The translations under genes were made by a program, and so were the position numbers. The notes below the pieces were generated by a model, which did no database searches, was not told the DNA's origin, and worked only from the letters and a program-made list of their open reading frames with translations. From a virus (lineage: Duplodnaviria > Caudoviricetes), in IMG/VR virus record IMGVR_UViG_2758568729_000001, positions 86,427 to 150,426 of that record: a DNA stretch of 64,000 nt. One strand, written 5' to 3'. Below are positions 26,942 to 36,042 of the stretch, piece after piece; within the stretch, counting starts at the first letter, position 1; each line of letters opens with the position of its first letter.

Positions 26942-27447
26942 TGCTCTCCCCAATGCTCGGTATACCCGGTTCGGGCCGAGTAGACCGGGGCCAGTGCTGT
27001 CACAACCCGGGACAGCACGGCGGCGGCAACCCGGTGAAGGTCGTCGTTGGGGTGCTGTTGCACCGCTTGCAGCGCTCCCTCGTACTTGGCGATGATCTCC
27101 CGCTTGAAGGCCACCTCCGAAAGCGTGCGCCGCGGGTCCTGGTTGGCGGCGTGCTCAAACGCCGGTATGGGTGACGGTGCGCCGGCGTAGTTGTCGTCGG
27201 GGTAGTACGTGACGACGACACCCCAGTGCCCGCCCAACACGTCCGGCGGGCGGGGCAGATCGGGGCGGAGGGCGACAAGCAGTTCCTCGTCACCGTTGAC
27301 GTCCCGAAGGGCCTCCCACTCGTCGCCAGCCGGAGATGGGCGCCAGTAGCCGGCTTCGCCGACCACGGTTCCACCGGATGCGGCCAGGGCCTTCCGTTCG
27401 TCTCGATCGATCTGTGCGAGCAACCAGGTGATTCGTGGTTCGGTCAT
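26938..27447 (-). CDS. DUF6221-like protein (paralog A)
   Basis: WLLAQIDRDE...EHAANQDPRRTLSEVAFKR...YSARTGYTEHW. Confidence 0.8.
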   Translation of the reverse strand: MTEPRITWLLAQIDRDERKALAASGGTVVGEAGYWRPSPAGDEWEALRDVNGDEELLVALRPDLPRPPDVLGGHWGVVVTYYPDDNYAGAPSPIPAFEHAANQDPRRTLSEVAFKREIIAKYEGALQAVQQHPNDDLHRVAAAVLSRVVTALAPVYSARTGYTEHWGEQ

Positions 27448-27722
27448 GGTGTTGCCTTCCGAATCTGTTCATCCCGAAGAAACTGCTGGCCGCAAGCGCA
27501 CCGGTATTCGTCGACCTGCATCGACCAGACAAGGAAGTGCAGGCCCACTCGGCACAGACCGCGTCGTGCCCGCCAGCGGAGCAGGGGCCGGAACTCCATC
27601 TCCCGCTGGGGCTCACGGTGGAACACGGAGCGGAGTACCGGTTTCCATTGCTGCCAGGGCGCATGGACCCAGCGTTGGCGGCGGCGATCCGTGGTACCGC
27701 CCTCCCTGTTGCCGCCGATCAC
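27444..27722 (-). CDS. Hypothetical protein
   Basis: Coupled GTG start; CRVGLH, CACG. Confidence 0.55.
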   Translation of the reverse strand: MIGGNREGGTTDRRRQRWVHAPWQQWKPVLRSVFHREPQREMEFRPLLRWRARRGLCRVGLHFLVWSMQVDEYRCACGQQFLRDEQIRKATP

Positions 27723-27955
27723 GGCCACACCGCCCTGATACGGATGCCGTCGCCTGCCGCGTGCCGACCCGTGTGCTCGGCAAGGCGCGTGCACACGAAG
27801 GAACCGCGAGGCGACATGGCGCCGGTGACCCGCCAGCACCGGTCGCGGCGGCGGCCAGTCGGAGTCAGGTCGGGTGGGAGAGAGTCGAAAAGCCCCCCAC
27901 GCAACCCGATGGTGTCCCACGTTCGCGGGTAGTCGTCTTCGTCGTAGTAGGTCAC
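27719..27955 (-). CDS. Hypothetical protein
   Basis: MTYYDEDDYP...CTRLAEHTGRH. Confidence 0.6.
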   Translation of the reverse strand: MTYYDEDDYPRTWDTIGLRGGLFDSLPPDLTPTGRRRDRCWRVTGAMSPRGSFVCTRLAEHTGRHAAGDGIRIRAVWP

Positions 27956-28251
27956 GTCAGGTCCCCGGCGACGTGGATGGTGGACCTCGGGTTGAGGGCA
28001 GCGGCGCCGAACTGCTGCAAGGACCACCAGTGGAGGAGCCGGGCGGCCCGCCGGTCCATGGCCGCGTAGTGCGCCCTGATCTGCGCCACCTGTTCGTCGG
28101 TGAAGTCGAAACCGCCGCTGCCGACCCGGATGCCGGTGATGTGGTCGTCGTCGCTGATGTCGAGGACGGCGGCGCCGGCCGGCACAGCGGAGTCGATGTG
28201 GACGGGGATCCCCGTCGGGTCACCGAGAGGATGCCCGGACTGGCTATGCAT
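27952..28251 (-). CDS. Hypothetical protein
   Basis: Coupled; GAGG RBS. Confidence 0.6.
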   Translation of the reverse strand: MHSQSGHPLGDPTGIPVHIDSAVPAGAAVLDISDDDHITGIRVGSGGFDFTDEQVAQIRAHYAAMDRRAARLLHWWSLQQFGAAALNPRSTIHVAGDLT

Positions 28252-28438
28252 GGTGCCGTCCTCGGAGTTGTTGAAGGCGGGCGTTCGCCTTCCTGATGCG
28301 GGCGTTCGCCGCCTCGATCCCTTCCCGTGCCGCAGCCTCCTGCCGCCGGGCTTGGACCGTGATCCGCGCCCAGTGCGCTGCCCGGAGGGCGATCGCAAGG
28401 GAAGCGAGCGCAACGACCAACCCCACCCATCCGATCAC
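28244..28438 (-). CDS. Small membrane-anchored protein
   Basis: MIGWVGLVVALASLAIAL followed by a basic helix. Confidence 0.6.
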   Translation of the reverse strand: MIGWVGLVVALASLAIALRAAHWARITVQARRQEAAAREGIEAANARIRKANARLQQLRGRHHA

Positions 28439-28782
28439 TGCGGCTCCCCGGCGGGTGGCTGCTCCAAAACGGGCGGGGACGTCTCGGTAGATGGTGCCGG
28501 TTGGTAGGTGAGCGTGTAGTAGGGGCCGTCGGTGCGGAAGCGGCGGTACAACACATCTAACGTGATCTTGACCCGGCGGTCCGGAGACGGGTACCACCGA
28601 TACAGGTCTTCGTCCCCGAACCGAAACACGCTGACCTCGTCCAGATCCGCACCATGCTCCACCTCAACGTCGAACACGCCGCCCTCGTGGAGCTGCATTG
28701 CCACTTCGGAGCCATCGGCGTACCGAAGGGTGATCGTCGCTGACACCGGCGGCAGCGGAGGCTGATGCTGGTAGGTGTTCAC
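28435..28782 (-). CDS. Hypothetical protein
   Basis: 115 aa, coupled. Confidence 0.65.
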   Translation of the reverse strand: MNTYQHQPPLPPVSATITLRYADGSEVAMQLHEGGVFDVEVEHGADLDEVSVFRFGDEDLYRWYPSPDRRVKITLDVLYRRFRTDGPYYTLTYQPAPSTETSPPVLEQPPAGEPQ

Positions 28783-29171
28783 CGGCGTTCGTCCTGTTCC
28801 CAGTAGTACCGGTACGCCCAGACACCGGCGTCATCCACGTACAAGTGGGCCTCGCGCGCGTTGTCGAACTCGATGCGGGGCAGTACGAGGCGGACACTGC
28901 GGGCGGGGCCGACAGCAGCGTGAACCACCATCCGGAACGGGCCGGTGAGGGGACGCCAGTTCTGGGCACTCCACCCCGGGTCCATCACTGTCCACGGGAC
29001 ATGCAGCAGCCGGTCGTCTTGGTAGCGCAGCAGAGACTTGTCCAGTGGGTCCCATTCGAGGTAGCCGGCCAGCTTGAACCGCTGGTTCAGGGGGGCGTCG
29101 TACGTGACCGGTAGCGGGGTGTCGGCGGGGGCAAGCCACCCGTCGGCCAGCGTCGCGATCGTCTGGTTCAT
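28779..29171 (-). CDS. Hypothetical protein
   Basis: 130 aa, coupled. Confidence 0.65.
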   Translation of the reverse strand: MNQTIATLADGWLAPADTPLPVTYDAPLNQRFKLAGYLEWDPLDKSLLRYQDDRLLHVPWTVMDPGWSAQNWRPLTGPFRMVVHAAVGPARSVRLVLPRIEFDNAREAHLYVDDAGVWAYRYYWEQDERR

Positions 29172-30592
29172 CGGTGTCCCCTCCTGCGGGAGTCGAGTGG
29201 GGCCGGGGGCGGCCCAGTGTTGCGGTTGCGGCGGGCGCCCAACGCCCGGCGTTGGTCGTCGGTCAGCCCGCCCTCGAACCGGGTCGGCTCGGCCTGCTGC
29301 CCGGTGTGGAAGCGGTCCATGGCGGCCCGAAGTTGTTCGGCCACCGGAACAAGGGGCGCCATGCCTCCCAGGATCGCTTCGTGGACACGCCGGCCGAGTT
29401 CAGCAAGCGAGACCCTGAGGCTGGACATGTCCGGTGCGGGGAGGGCCTGGCGTTCGAACCTGATCTGCCGCGCCCGAACCACGGACATGGAGTGAAACCC
29501 CGGCGGGGGCTCGGGCTCGTTGAACCGCAGACCGTCCTCGGCGACGTGGCCGAGTTCGGTGTACCTGGTCGGGTCCGTGACGTCGCCGTCGACCGGGCCA
29601 ACCCAGACCCGCCCGGTGGAAGTCTCGCGCCACACCCGCGCCGGTGGCCGGGGCTGCGGCTCTGCCCCCGGGATCTGCCGCAGCAGTTCGAGCTCCATCC
29701 GGTCCCACTCGTACTGGATCAGTGCCGCCGGGTCGACCACGGCGGTGAGGTGTCGCATCGAAAGGAGCTGGCGATGGCCGTACCGGTGCCCGTTGTTAGT
29801 GGCGGTCAGCGACAGCCGCCAGGAGTCCCACTCCGGTTCCCGCTCGGCGGCTGGCCGCAACACCGGCCCTGGGTATTCGGTGCCGCAGTGCGGGCACTCC
29901 TGGGCTGCCTCAACCCGCACCCTGAGCTCGGTGCCGAGACGTAGCCCGTACTGGGGTGCCCCGTGCCGGTTGCAGCTCATACACAACCGCCTCCACGGGT
30001 AGCCCTCCACCAGGACTGGGGCGGGCACCCAGATGGCTTGGGACGCAACCAGTGACATGCCGGGGAAGAGGTTAGAGAGGTCAAGGCTGGTCAGGGGGAG
30101 ACGGTCATCGGCGACCGTGTGATCCCGGTTGGTCAGCTCCCGCTCCAGGCGGCGCCACACCTCCCCGATGCGGGTGACCAGCTCGTCTGTGACCGGATCC
30201 TGCCGGCCGCCGACATCGGCTAGGTCGGTGCCGACGTACCGGTGGCCGTCGTTGAGGCGCAGGTGCCACGCGTCGGTGCCGTCGTGTTCGAAGATCTGCG
30301 CTTGGAACCGGCCGGTGTACCACGTTTGCGACCCGAGCGGGGTCAGGCCGGTGTCATCGGCGGCGGTAACCAGGTCGGGGCGCCACCGGGCCGGCCCGTC
30401 CGGGTACTGGTAGTCGGGGTCTTCGCTGGTGTAGACCTCGCGAGGGTTGTGGGCTTGGGCGTTGTGCCACCGGGCCTGGCAGTTGGCGCTGCGGAAGTAC
30501 GCGGACTCACCGTCCGGTGAGAGGGGCCGACCGCAGCCGCAGGCGCAGAGGTTGTTGATGGCGGCGTCGATCTGGTCGAGGGTGTCACTCAC
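29168..30592 (-). CDS. Hypothetical protein with zinc-ribbon motifs
   Basis: 474 aa; CACGCG...C, CMSC...CPHC. Confidence 0.7.
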   Translation of the reverse strand: MSDTLDQIDAAINNLCACGCGRPLSPDGESAYFRSANCQARWHNAQAHNPREVYTSEDPDYQYPDGPARWRPDLVTAADDTGLTPLGSQTWYTGRFQAQIFEHDGTDAWHLRLNDGHRYVGTDLADVGGRQDPVTDELVTRIGEVWRRLERELTNRDHTVADDRLPLTSLDLSNLFPGMSLVASQAIWVPAPVLVEGYPWRRLCMSCNRHGAPQYGLRLGTELRVRVEAAQECPHCGTEYPGPVLRPAAEREPEWDSWRLSLTATNNGHRYGHRQLLSMRHLTAVVDPAALIQYEWDRMELELLRQIPGAEPQPRPPARVWRETSTGRVWVGPVDGDVTDPTRYTELGHVAEDGLRFNEPEPPPGFHSMSVVRARQIRFERQALPAPDMSSLRVSLAELGRRVHEAILGGMAPLVPVAEQLRAAMDRFHTGQQAEPTRFEGGLTDDQRRALGARRNRNTGPPPAPLDSRRRGHR

Positions 30593-30673
30593 AGTTTCGG
30601 TCCTTTTCCCCGCAAACAGTCACATGGTTCGCATCTTGTTTGGTGTCCCGCCGGTGGGCGAATCGCACTTTGG

Positions 30674-30913
30674 TCACTCCGTGTGAGCGGCCTTGCGTTT
30701 GGTTTTCTTCGGTCGGGGCCACTCGAACCCGCCTGCCCGGAGGTCACGGAGCAGGTTCCGGGGGCCGCGCCAGTCCGATGACGAGTTGTGCGCAGTCGCG
30801 ACCAACCGACCATCAGGGTTGTGGATCTTCCAATGTCCGGAGCCGGCCTCGGTCACCGTCCAACGGGCCCGGCGCAGCGCGGCGAACAGCTTCCGGCGGG
30901 CGCTGTCATCCAT
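30674..30913 (-). CDS. HicA-like toxin/RNase
   Basis: GSGHWKIHNPDG...SSDWR...NLLRDLR, resembling actinophage HicA-like proteins. Confidence 0.7.
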   Translation of the reverse strand: MDDSARRKLFAALRRARWTVTEAGSGHWKIHNPDGRLVATAHNSSSDWRGPRNLLRDLRAGGFEWPRPKKTKRKAAHTE

Positions 30914-31121
30914 TGACTGGTCCGTCCTCTTCCGGTGCCGGGTTTTCCGGAGGGTTGGTGGTGCAGTCGGGGTGGACCAGGCCGGTCGGGTTGTGGTTCC
31001 ACACTGCCGGGTCGCCGTGCATGATCACCTCAGGGCACACCTTGCACCGCGTGCGGACCCTGTTGCCGAGCCCGCCCCGGGCGCTCAACCGGTGCGGGGA
31101 CACGGGGCTCACCGCAGCCAC
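30906..31121 (-). CDS. Hypothetical protein
   Basis: CKVC...HPDC. Confidence 0.55.
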   Translation of the reverse strand: MAAVSPVSPHRLSARGGLGNRVRTRCKVCPEVIMHGDPAVWNHNPTGLVHPDCTTNPPENPAPEEDGPVNG

Positions 31122-31280
31122 CGGCCCATCGCCCGGAGACGGCGGTGGTGCTCACGGCGGAACCGGCGGCGTGCCCGCGCAACGACGGCGGCGTGCCGAA
31201 ACCACCAGTCCAGGTCGTTCACGGCCCGACCCGTCTGCACGGCTCGGCCTCGATAGGCCGCTTCCGGTACACCTCGATCA

Positions 31281-31637
31281 TCACGCTGACACCCGAGGTT
31301 GCACCGGGGTGGGGGTCTCCAGCGAGGCTGGGCATACCCAGTTCGCTCCGCCCTCGTCCCACTCCACGAACAGGGTGACCATCCCGTGCTGGTTGGCGAC
31401 CACCTGGGCAACGGTGGCGTCGTCGACCGGGCGCAGTTGGTGCGGTGACACCGGCAGGGCCGGCGCCTTGTAGGTGCCGATCCGGCCCGGTTTGCGCGCC
31501 TCCCCATGGAGGACGGGGGTGCCGGCGGGCCAGCGGCGAGCAGCGCCGCGCATCACAGCACAGGTACGGCAACGTTCACCGGGAGGGTGCGGGGCGAACA
31601 GGGCGAGACCGGCCTTGGGGTCCTCAGGGGCGCTCAC
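31281..31637 (-). CDS. Hypothetical protein
   Basis: Coupled GTG start. Confidence 0.6.
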   Translation of the reverse strand: MSAPEDPKAGLALFAPHPPGERCRTCAVMRGAARRWPAGTPVLHGEARKPGRIGTYKAPALPVSPHQLRPVDDATVAQVVANQHGMVTLFVEWDEGGANWVCPASLETPTPVQPRVSA

Positions 31638-32116
31638 AGCATCTCCCGCTGGGTGCCGGACGGGTCGATGGTGTCGGCGCAGGACGGGCACCGGGGTTCG
31701 CCGTTGATGCGTGTGATGGCTGGGTCGTGGGGGTGCGAGTCATTCGTGCGGCAGGCCACCGGGCACTGCTCCTGCTCGACCGCCTTACGCACCAGCGGGG
31801 AGTTCGGGTCAACCAACCGTCCCGCAACCCGCAGCCAGAACTGCATGCCGGCGTTCAGGCCCTCGTCGTCGTGGAACACATCGGCCAGGTCTTCGGCCAG
31901 CATGGTCCGGAGGTCTTTGCTGTGCTGCTGGTCACGGACGGTCCGGAGTGTCTGAACGGCGGCTTCGACGGCGATCCACGCGGCCCGGTGGGCGGTGTCG
32001 GCGGTCAGGTCGTCGGGGAGCCGGCGGCCGACCTCGGTCCGAAGTGCGGTATCGATGGCCGTGTAGGTTTGCCGGCCGAAGTCGGACAGGCTCGACAGGT
32101 CGGGTGCGGTGGTCAT
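31634..32116 (-). CDS. Hypothetical protein
   Basis: Starts MTTAPDL after GGAG; C-terminal Cys motifs. Confidence 0.65.
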   Translation of the reverse strand: MTTAPDLSSLSDFGRQTYTAIDTALRTEVGRRLPDDLTADTAHRAAWIAVEAAVQTLRTVRDQQHSKDLRTMLAEDLADVFHDDEGLNAGMQFWLRVAGRLVDPNSPLVRKAVEQEQCPVACRTNDSHPHDPAITRINGEPRCPSCADTIDPSGTQREML

Positions 32117-32118
32117 GG

Positions 32119-32274
32119 CTACTCCTCCGGGTTTGTGCGGCGGTTTCGGTCTTGCAACCAGGCAGCGGCGCCCCACGCGGCGAGGCCGAGCAGCTTCAGC
32201 CAGAGGTGGTTGTGGGCGAGTCCGAGGCCAACCCATATCGCTCCGCCGAGCCAGAGCAGTTCGAATCTGGTCAC
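32119..32274 (-). CDS. Small membrane protein
   Basis: MTRFELLWLGGAIWVGLG...; coupled. Confidence 0.6.
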   Translation of the reverse strand: MTRFELLWLGGAIWVGLGLAHNHLWLKLLGLAAWGAAAWLQDRNRRTNPEE

Positions 32275-32816
32275 CGCGTCCGCCAGGCGAGTCGGTGCCA
32301 CCAGCGGCGGGAAAGGATGGCCTCGGGGCCGGTCGTAACGGGGCGCGGCTCCAGGGCCACGCGTGTCGACGCAACGTGGGCCGCGCTCCCGCTGTCGGCC
32401 GGCGCCTCCTGCGAGGCGTCCACCGTTCCGAATTCGGGGCCGGTGCCCTGAAGTGACCTCCACCCCAGGCCGATCGCGCCAGGGTGGTACGCGCCGCAGG
32501 GAACGCACTGCGCCTTGCAGGTCCAGCCGCCGTCAAGCGAGACGGACACCCACTGCGGGGAGCCGCAGCGGGGGCACACCTGCGCGGTGTCCTCCGCCCG
32601 CACCTCCGCATAGGTACGCGGCGGCGGCCAGTCCAGGTCGGGTTCGCCGAGGTTGAGGTTCGGTACGGGTGCGGTTCGCTCGGCAATCCGGATCCCGACC
32701 CGACGTGCGGCCTCACGTGTTGCCTCCGATGGCCAGGTCGGGTCACCGGACGGGGTGTTCGCGTAGGTGGCGTAACCGGGCCGGGTGCGGGCGACGGCGG
32801 ACGGGTCGTTGCTCAT
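32271..32816 (-). CDS. Hypothetical zinc-ribbon protein
   Basis: CPRC...CVPC. Confidence 0.6.
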   Translation of the reverse strand: MSNDPSAVARTRPGYATYANTPSGDPTWPSEATREAARRVGIRIAERTAPVPNLNLGEPDLDWPPPRTYAEVRAEDTAQVCPRCGSPQWVSVSLDGGWTCKAQCVPCGAYHPGAIGLGWRSLQGTGPEFGTVDASQEAPADSGSAAHVASTRVALEPRPVTTGPEAILSRRWWHRLAWRTR

Positions 32817-33106
32817 GAGCGAGTCCAGTTGGTGGTGTAGGTGACGATGGTGTGGGTCTCGATGAGCGCTGGGGCGTACAGCCGCGCTGCGATCAATTCG
32901 GCTTGATCGCGGGTGGCGGTGGTGGCCCAGACCCCGCCGTCGCCCGTTGCCACCGCCGGGGCGACGACGCGGGAGCAGCGGCAGGTGCAGTTTTCGTGCA
33001 GTTGGCAGGCGACGGGTTCGTAAGTGAGTGCCGAGGCGATGACGCGGTACTCCGTCCGCTCGGTGCGGACGCCGGGCTCGCCCATCAGCGAGAGTTGCGT
33101 GCTCAT
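32813..33106 (-). CDS. Hypothetical protein
   Basis: Coupled ATGA overlap. Confidence 0.6.
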   Translation of the reverse strand: MSTQLSLMGEPGVRTERTEYRVIASALTYEPVACQLHENCTCRCSRVVAPAVATGDGGVWATTATRDQAELIAARLYAPALIETHTIVTYTTNWTRS

Positions 33107-33315
33107 CGCCCACCCGCCAGCCACTCCGGGATGTTGACCAGTTCCTGCGGCAGACCGCAGTGGTACCAGTGCCGGCGGCGGACGCTCACCAGGTGCTCGG
33201 ACTCCCACCGGGCAATGAGGGTCGGCCTGCCGTACGGGCAGCGGCACATGGTGGTCGGCAGGTCGGTCGTTGTCGTGTCGGGTGCGGTCCGGACACGGGT
33301 GCGGGTGATGGTCAC
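33103..33315 (-). CDS. Hypothetical protein
   Basis: 70 aa, coupled. Confidence 0.55.
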   Translation of the reverse strand: MTITRTRVRTAPDTTTTDLPTTMCRCPYGRPTLIARWESEHLVSVRRRHWYHCGLPQELVNIPEWLAGGR

Positions 33316-33671
33316 GCGGACTCCTTCGAGGTGAGCTTGGCCAGGGCGTCGTGCAGGGTGGTGTCGTCGGACTGATCGGCCCAGAGCGCGGCTGCGACGA
33401 CCAACTCCCGCACCTCGGCGGCGGTCAGCTCCAGCAGCGGCAGGTGGTGGTCGCCGACCAAGGCCACATGCAGCCCGACTACCTCGGCTACGTCGATGAG
33501 GGTGCCGCTGAGTACGTCTTGGTTGACCGTCTCGATTCCGGTCATCCGGCTGTGGCTGGTGCCGACCTGGGCGGCCACGTCCCGGGATGTGAAGCCGAGG
33601 GCGAGGCGGTGGGCGCGGATGCGGCGGCCGAGGGCCTTGCGCTGCTGCACGGCGCGGGGCTGGCGGTTCAT
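33312..33671 (-). CDS. XRE-family HTH protein
   Basis: LGRRIRAHRLALGFTSRDVAAQVGTSHSRMTGIE. Confidence 0.8.
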   Translation of the reverse strand: MNRQPRAVQQRKALGRRIRAHRLALGFTSRDVAAQVGTSHSRMTGIETVNQDVLSGTLIDVAEVVGLHVALVGDHHLPLLELTAAEVRELVVAAALWADQSDDTTLHDALAKLTSKESA

Positions 33672-34264
33672 ACGATCTTCCGCCCGGCCGCGTCGTTGGT
33701 AACCCACTGAAGGATGCCCATGATCTGTTCGGTCGTGACCCGGTCCTTGATGGCCTTCGCCGTGCCCTCCGCTTTGCGTTCCTCCACCCACCGGGTCAGC
33801 GGCTCACCGGTCAGCCCATACGGTGGGGCAGGGACCAGTACCTCTGGCGGGCGCTCTCCGGCCTGCCAGGTGCGGATCCGCGACCGGCGGGTGGCCTCCT
33901 TGCGGGTGAACCGGCCAGCAACGCTGACGTGATGGACGTACCGGTGCCCGTCCGGTCCCCACCAGGCGTTGCGTTCGTCCGACCAGATCAGCCACGCCGG
34001 CTCGTACCCGCGACCGGTGTCGGAGCGGACGTGGGTAGCGAGCGCACGCAGGTCGGCGGCCGGGTCGACGGCCAGCGTTTCGTAGACCGCTTGCGCGGTG
34101 GCGAGCAGGTCGGCGGGCGTCTGGTGCAGGTAGCTGTAGACCCGAACCCCGTTTTGAGACGCGGAAACCTCCGGCTCGACTCCGCCGATGATTTCGAGGT
34201 CGGTGTCCGGGTGGTACCAGCAGACGCCGGTACTACCGAACGCGTGGGTGACAATGACGATCAT
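33668..34264 (-). CDS. Hypothetical protein
   Basis: WLIWSDERNAWWGP...AGRFTR.EA domain; AAAGGA RBS. Confidence 0.65.
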   Translation of the reverse strand: MIVIVTHAFGSTGVCWYHPDTDLEIIGGVEPEVSASQNGVRVYSYLHQTPADLLATAQAVYETLAVDPAADLRALATHVRSDTGRGYEPAWLIWSDERNAWWGPDGHRYVHHVSVAGRFTRKEATRRSRIRTWQAGERPPEVLVPAPPYGLTGEPLTRWVEERKAEGTAKAIKDRVTTEQIMGILQWVTNDAAGRKIV

Positions 34265-34632
34265 GTGGTGGGTTCCTTTCGGTTTGGCGACCCATAGAGA
34301 TAGGCGCGGGCGACCCACAGCACCGCCCGGTAGTTCCGCTCGATCCAGTCCGCGTCCACCCGGTACTCGGTGTCCTCGATTCGATCCGCCTCTTCCTCAA
34401 GCAGTTCGGCGACAGTCGTAGCGGCGGCCGGGTGCCAAGCCGCACAGTGGGCGCCCATCGGCCCGCCGAGGTAGTTGTTCACCAACCCGCCCCACTCGTC
34501 CTTCGGGACCGGCGGGATGGTGTTGTCGCCGTACGGGCGGCGGGCTTCGTCGGTGTTCGCGGCCTGCGCCCGTTCGGTCATCAGCCGGGCGGCGCTGCGC
34601 AGGATCTCGGCGTACTCCTCTGTCACGCTCAC
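34261..34632 (-). CDS. Hypothetical protein
   Basis: LRSAARLM...AAWHP...VAELLE...VARAYL. Confidence 0.7.
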   Translation of the reverse strand: MSVTEEYAEILRSAARLMTERAQAANTDEARRPYGDNTIPPVPKDEWGGLVNNYLGGPMGAHCAAWHPAAATTVAELLEEEADRIEDTEYRVDADWIERNYRAVLWVARAYLYGSPNRKEPTT

Positions 34633-35735
34633 AGAGCACCCGTCCCGTCGAGCGCCCGCGCGATCTGTTGCGCCTCGGCGGTGTTCAGGTCGGCGTACGC
34701 GACGTCAGCGACGGTGAGCCGGATCGGCCGGTCCGGGTCGCCCGCCTGCCGCTCCGTCGGCCTGGTGACCCGGACGCCCCGGACGGCGACATCGGCGGGC
34801 GCCGGACTACCGGTGGCCCCGTCGGCGCCGAGCACAGCCCATGCCGCCTGGTGGCTCGCGTCGTGGGCCGGTTCCGGGTCGGCGCTGCGGTCGTGTTCGA
34901 TCGCCCGGCCCGGTTCGGCGGTGCGCCAGTCCGGCCACGTCCGTCCCTCGTTACGGATCTGCTTCGCGATGATCGCGTCGATGATCGCCTGTTCCCCGTG
35001 GCCCGCTCGCCACGCCCCGTCGAGGGCGAGGATGACGACGTCGACCCACTCGCCGAGGTCTTCGGGGTCGGCCTCGATCTCGCGCAACTCCTTGCGAATG
35101 TGATCAAGTACCCCATGGGTACGAGAACCGGGGCCGAAGGTCCGCTCCGAGAACTCACGCTGGCGAGTGAGGTGCGCGGCGTCGATAACGGCACCGGTGC
35201 CCTCGGCCAGCGCCCGGTACGCCTCTACCGCCCGCTCCCGCGACACCCGGGCCAGCTTCGCGTTCTGGCGTTCGTTCTCCCGCCGGTACGCCAACCAGCC
35301 CACGAAGGTGCCGATGGCGGGCGCGGCCCCCTCGTACGCGGCACCGAGCTTGTCGGCGTGGGCTTCCCACTCCTCCGGCGGCAAGTCCAGGCCAAGCTGT
35401 TCGCGAAGGTTGTCCCGGTCGGCGGTGACCCGGTTCAACTCCGCCTGGAGCCGGACGTTCTCCCGGTTGACGCGCACCAACCCACGGGACAGCTCGCGGG
35501 CGCGGGCGTTCGCCCCACCCACGTCGGTCGGTTCAACCTCGTCCGGGTCAGGGGACATGGCGAGGTCGGCGGCCCGGATGGCGTCTTCGGCGAGCCGGTA
35601 GTACGCCTCGGCCGGCATGAGCGCCGCGTCCTCGGCGTACTGCTCGCCGCGGTCGTCGGGCCAGTCGAGCACGCGTAGGGCGGCAACAACCCGGTGTTCG
35701 GCCACGGGCGGCAAGTCGGTGGGCTGGTCAGGCAT
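34629..35735 (-). CDS. DUF550 (MazG-like dATP/dGTP pyrophosphohydrolase) domain protein
   Basis: RQREFSERTFGPG..LDHIRKELREIE..EWVDVVILALDGAWRAG..KQIRNEGRTWPDWR..AIEH. Confidence 0.85.
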   Translation of the reverse strand: MPDQPTDLPPVAEHRVVAALRVLDWPDDRGEQYAEDAALMPAEAYYRLAEDAIRAADLAMSPDPDEVEPTDVGGANARARELSRGLVRVNRENVRLQAELNRVTADRDNLREQLGLDLPPEEWEAHADKLGAAYEGAAPAIGTFVGWLAYRRENERQNAKLARVSRERAVEAYRALAEGTGAVIDAAHLTRQREFSERTFGPGSRTHGVLDHIRKELREIEADPEDLGEWVDVVILALDGAWRAGHGEQAIIDAIIAKQIRNEGRTWPDWRTAEPGRAIEHDRSADPEPAHDASHQAAWAVLGADGATGSPAPADVAVRGVRVTRPTERQAGDPDRPIRLTVADVAYADLNTAEAQQIARALDGTGAL

Positions 35736-36042
35736 TGGTTCCTCCAGTGGGTGTCGTACGGGAGTCGCAGCGGACGCAGACCCGCCCGCCGGCGAGGTGG
35801 TCAAGAGGGCTGGCCTGGCGGTGCACGATCTGCCCGCACAGGGCGCGGACCCCGTACCGGACCTCACCGGCCACAAGGTGCAGGGTCCGGCCGGCGTCCG
35901 TGACCGCGTAGGTCCACTCCGCCGATGGGCACTGCTGGTTGGGGTGCCCGCACGGTTCCGGTAGCTCAACCGGGGTGCCGGACGGCGACCGGACCCAGGA
36001 AAGGAAGTCCCGGGCCGCCCACACCTCGCACACGTCCATCAC
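35728..36042 (-). CDS. Hypothetical zinc-finger protein
   Basis: H...ALCG...CVRC. Confidence 0.6.
   Translation of the reverse strand: MMDVCEVWAARDFLSWVRSPSGTPVELPEPCGHPNQQCPSAEWTYAVTDAGRTLHLVAGEVRYGVRALCGQIVHRQASPLDHLAGGRVCVRCDSRTTPTGGTNA

Noticed and set aside
34629-35735. Z-base (2-aminoadenine) genome pathway
   Set aside because: Only DUF550 is present; no purZ or HD-family dATPase was recognised in the window.
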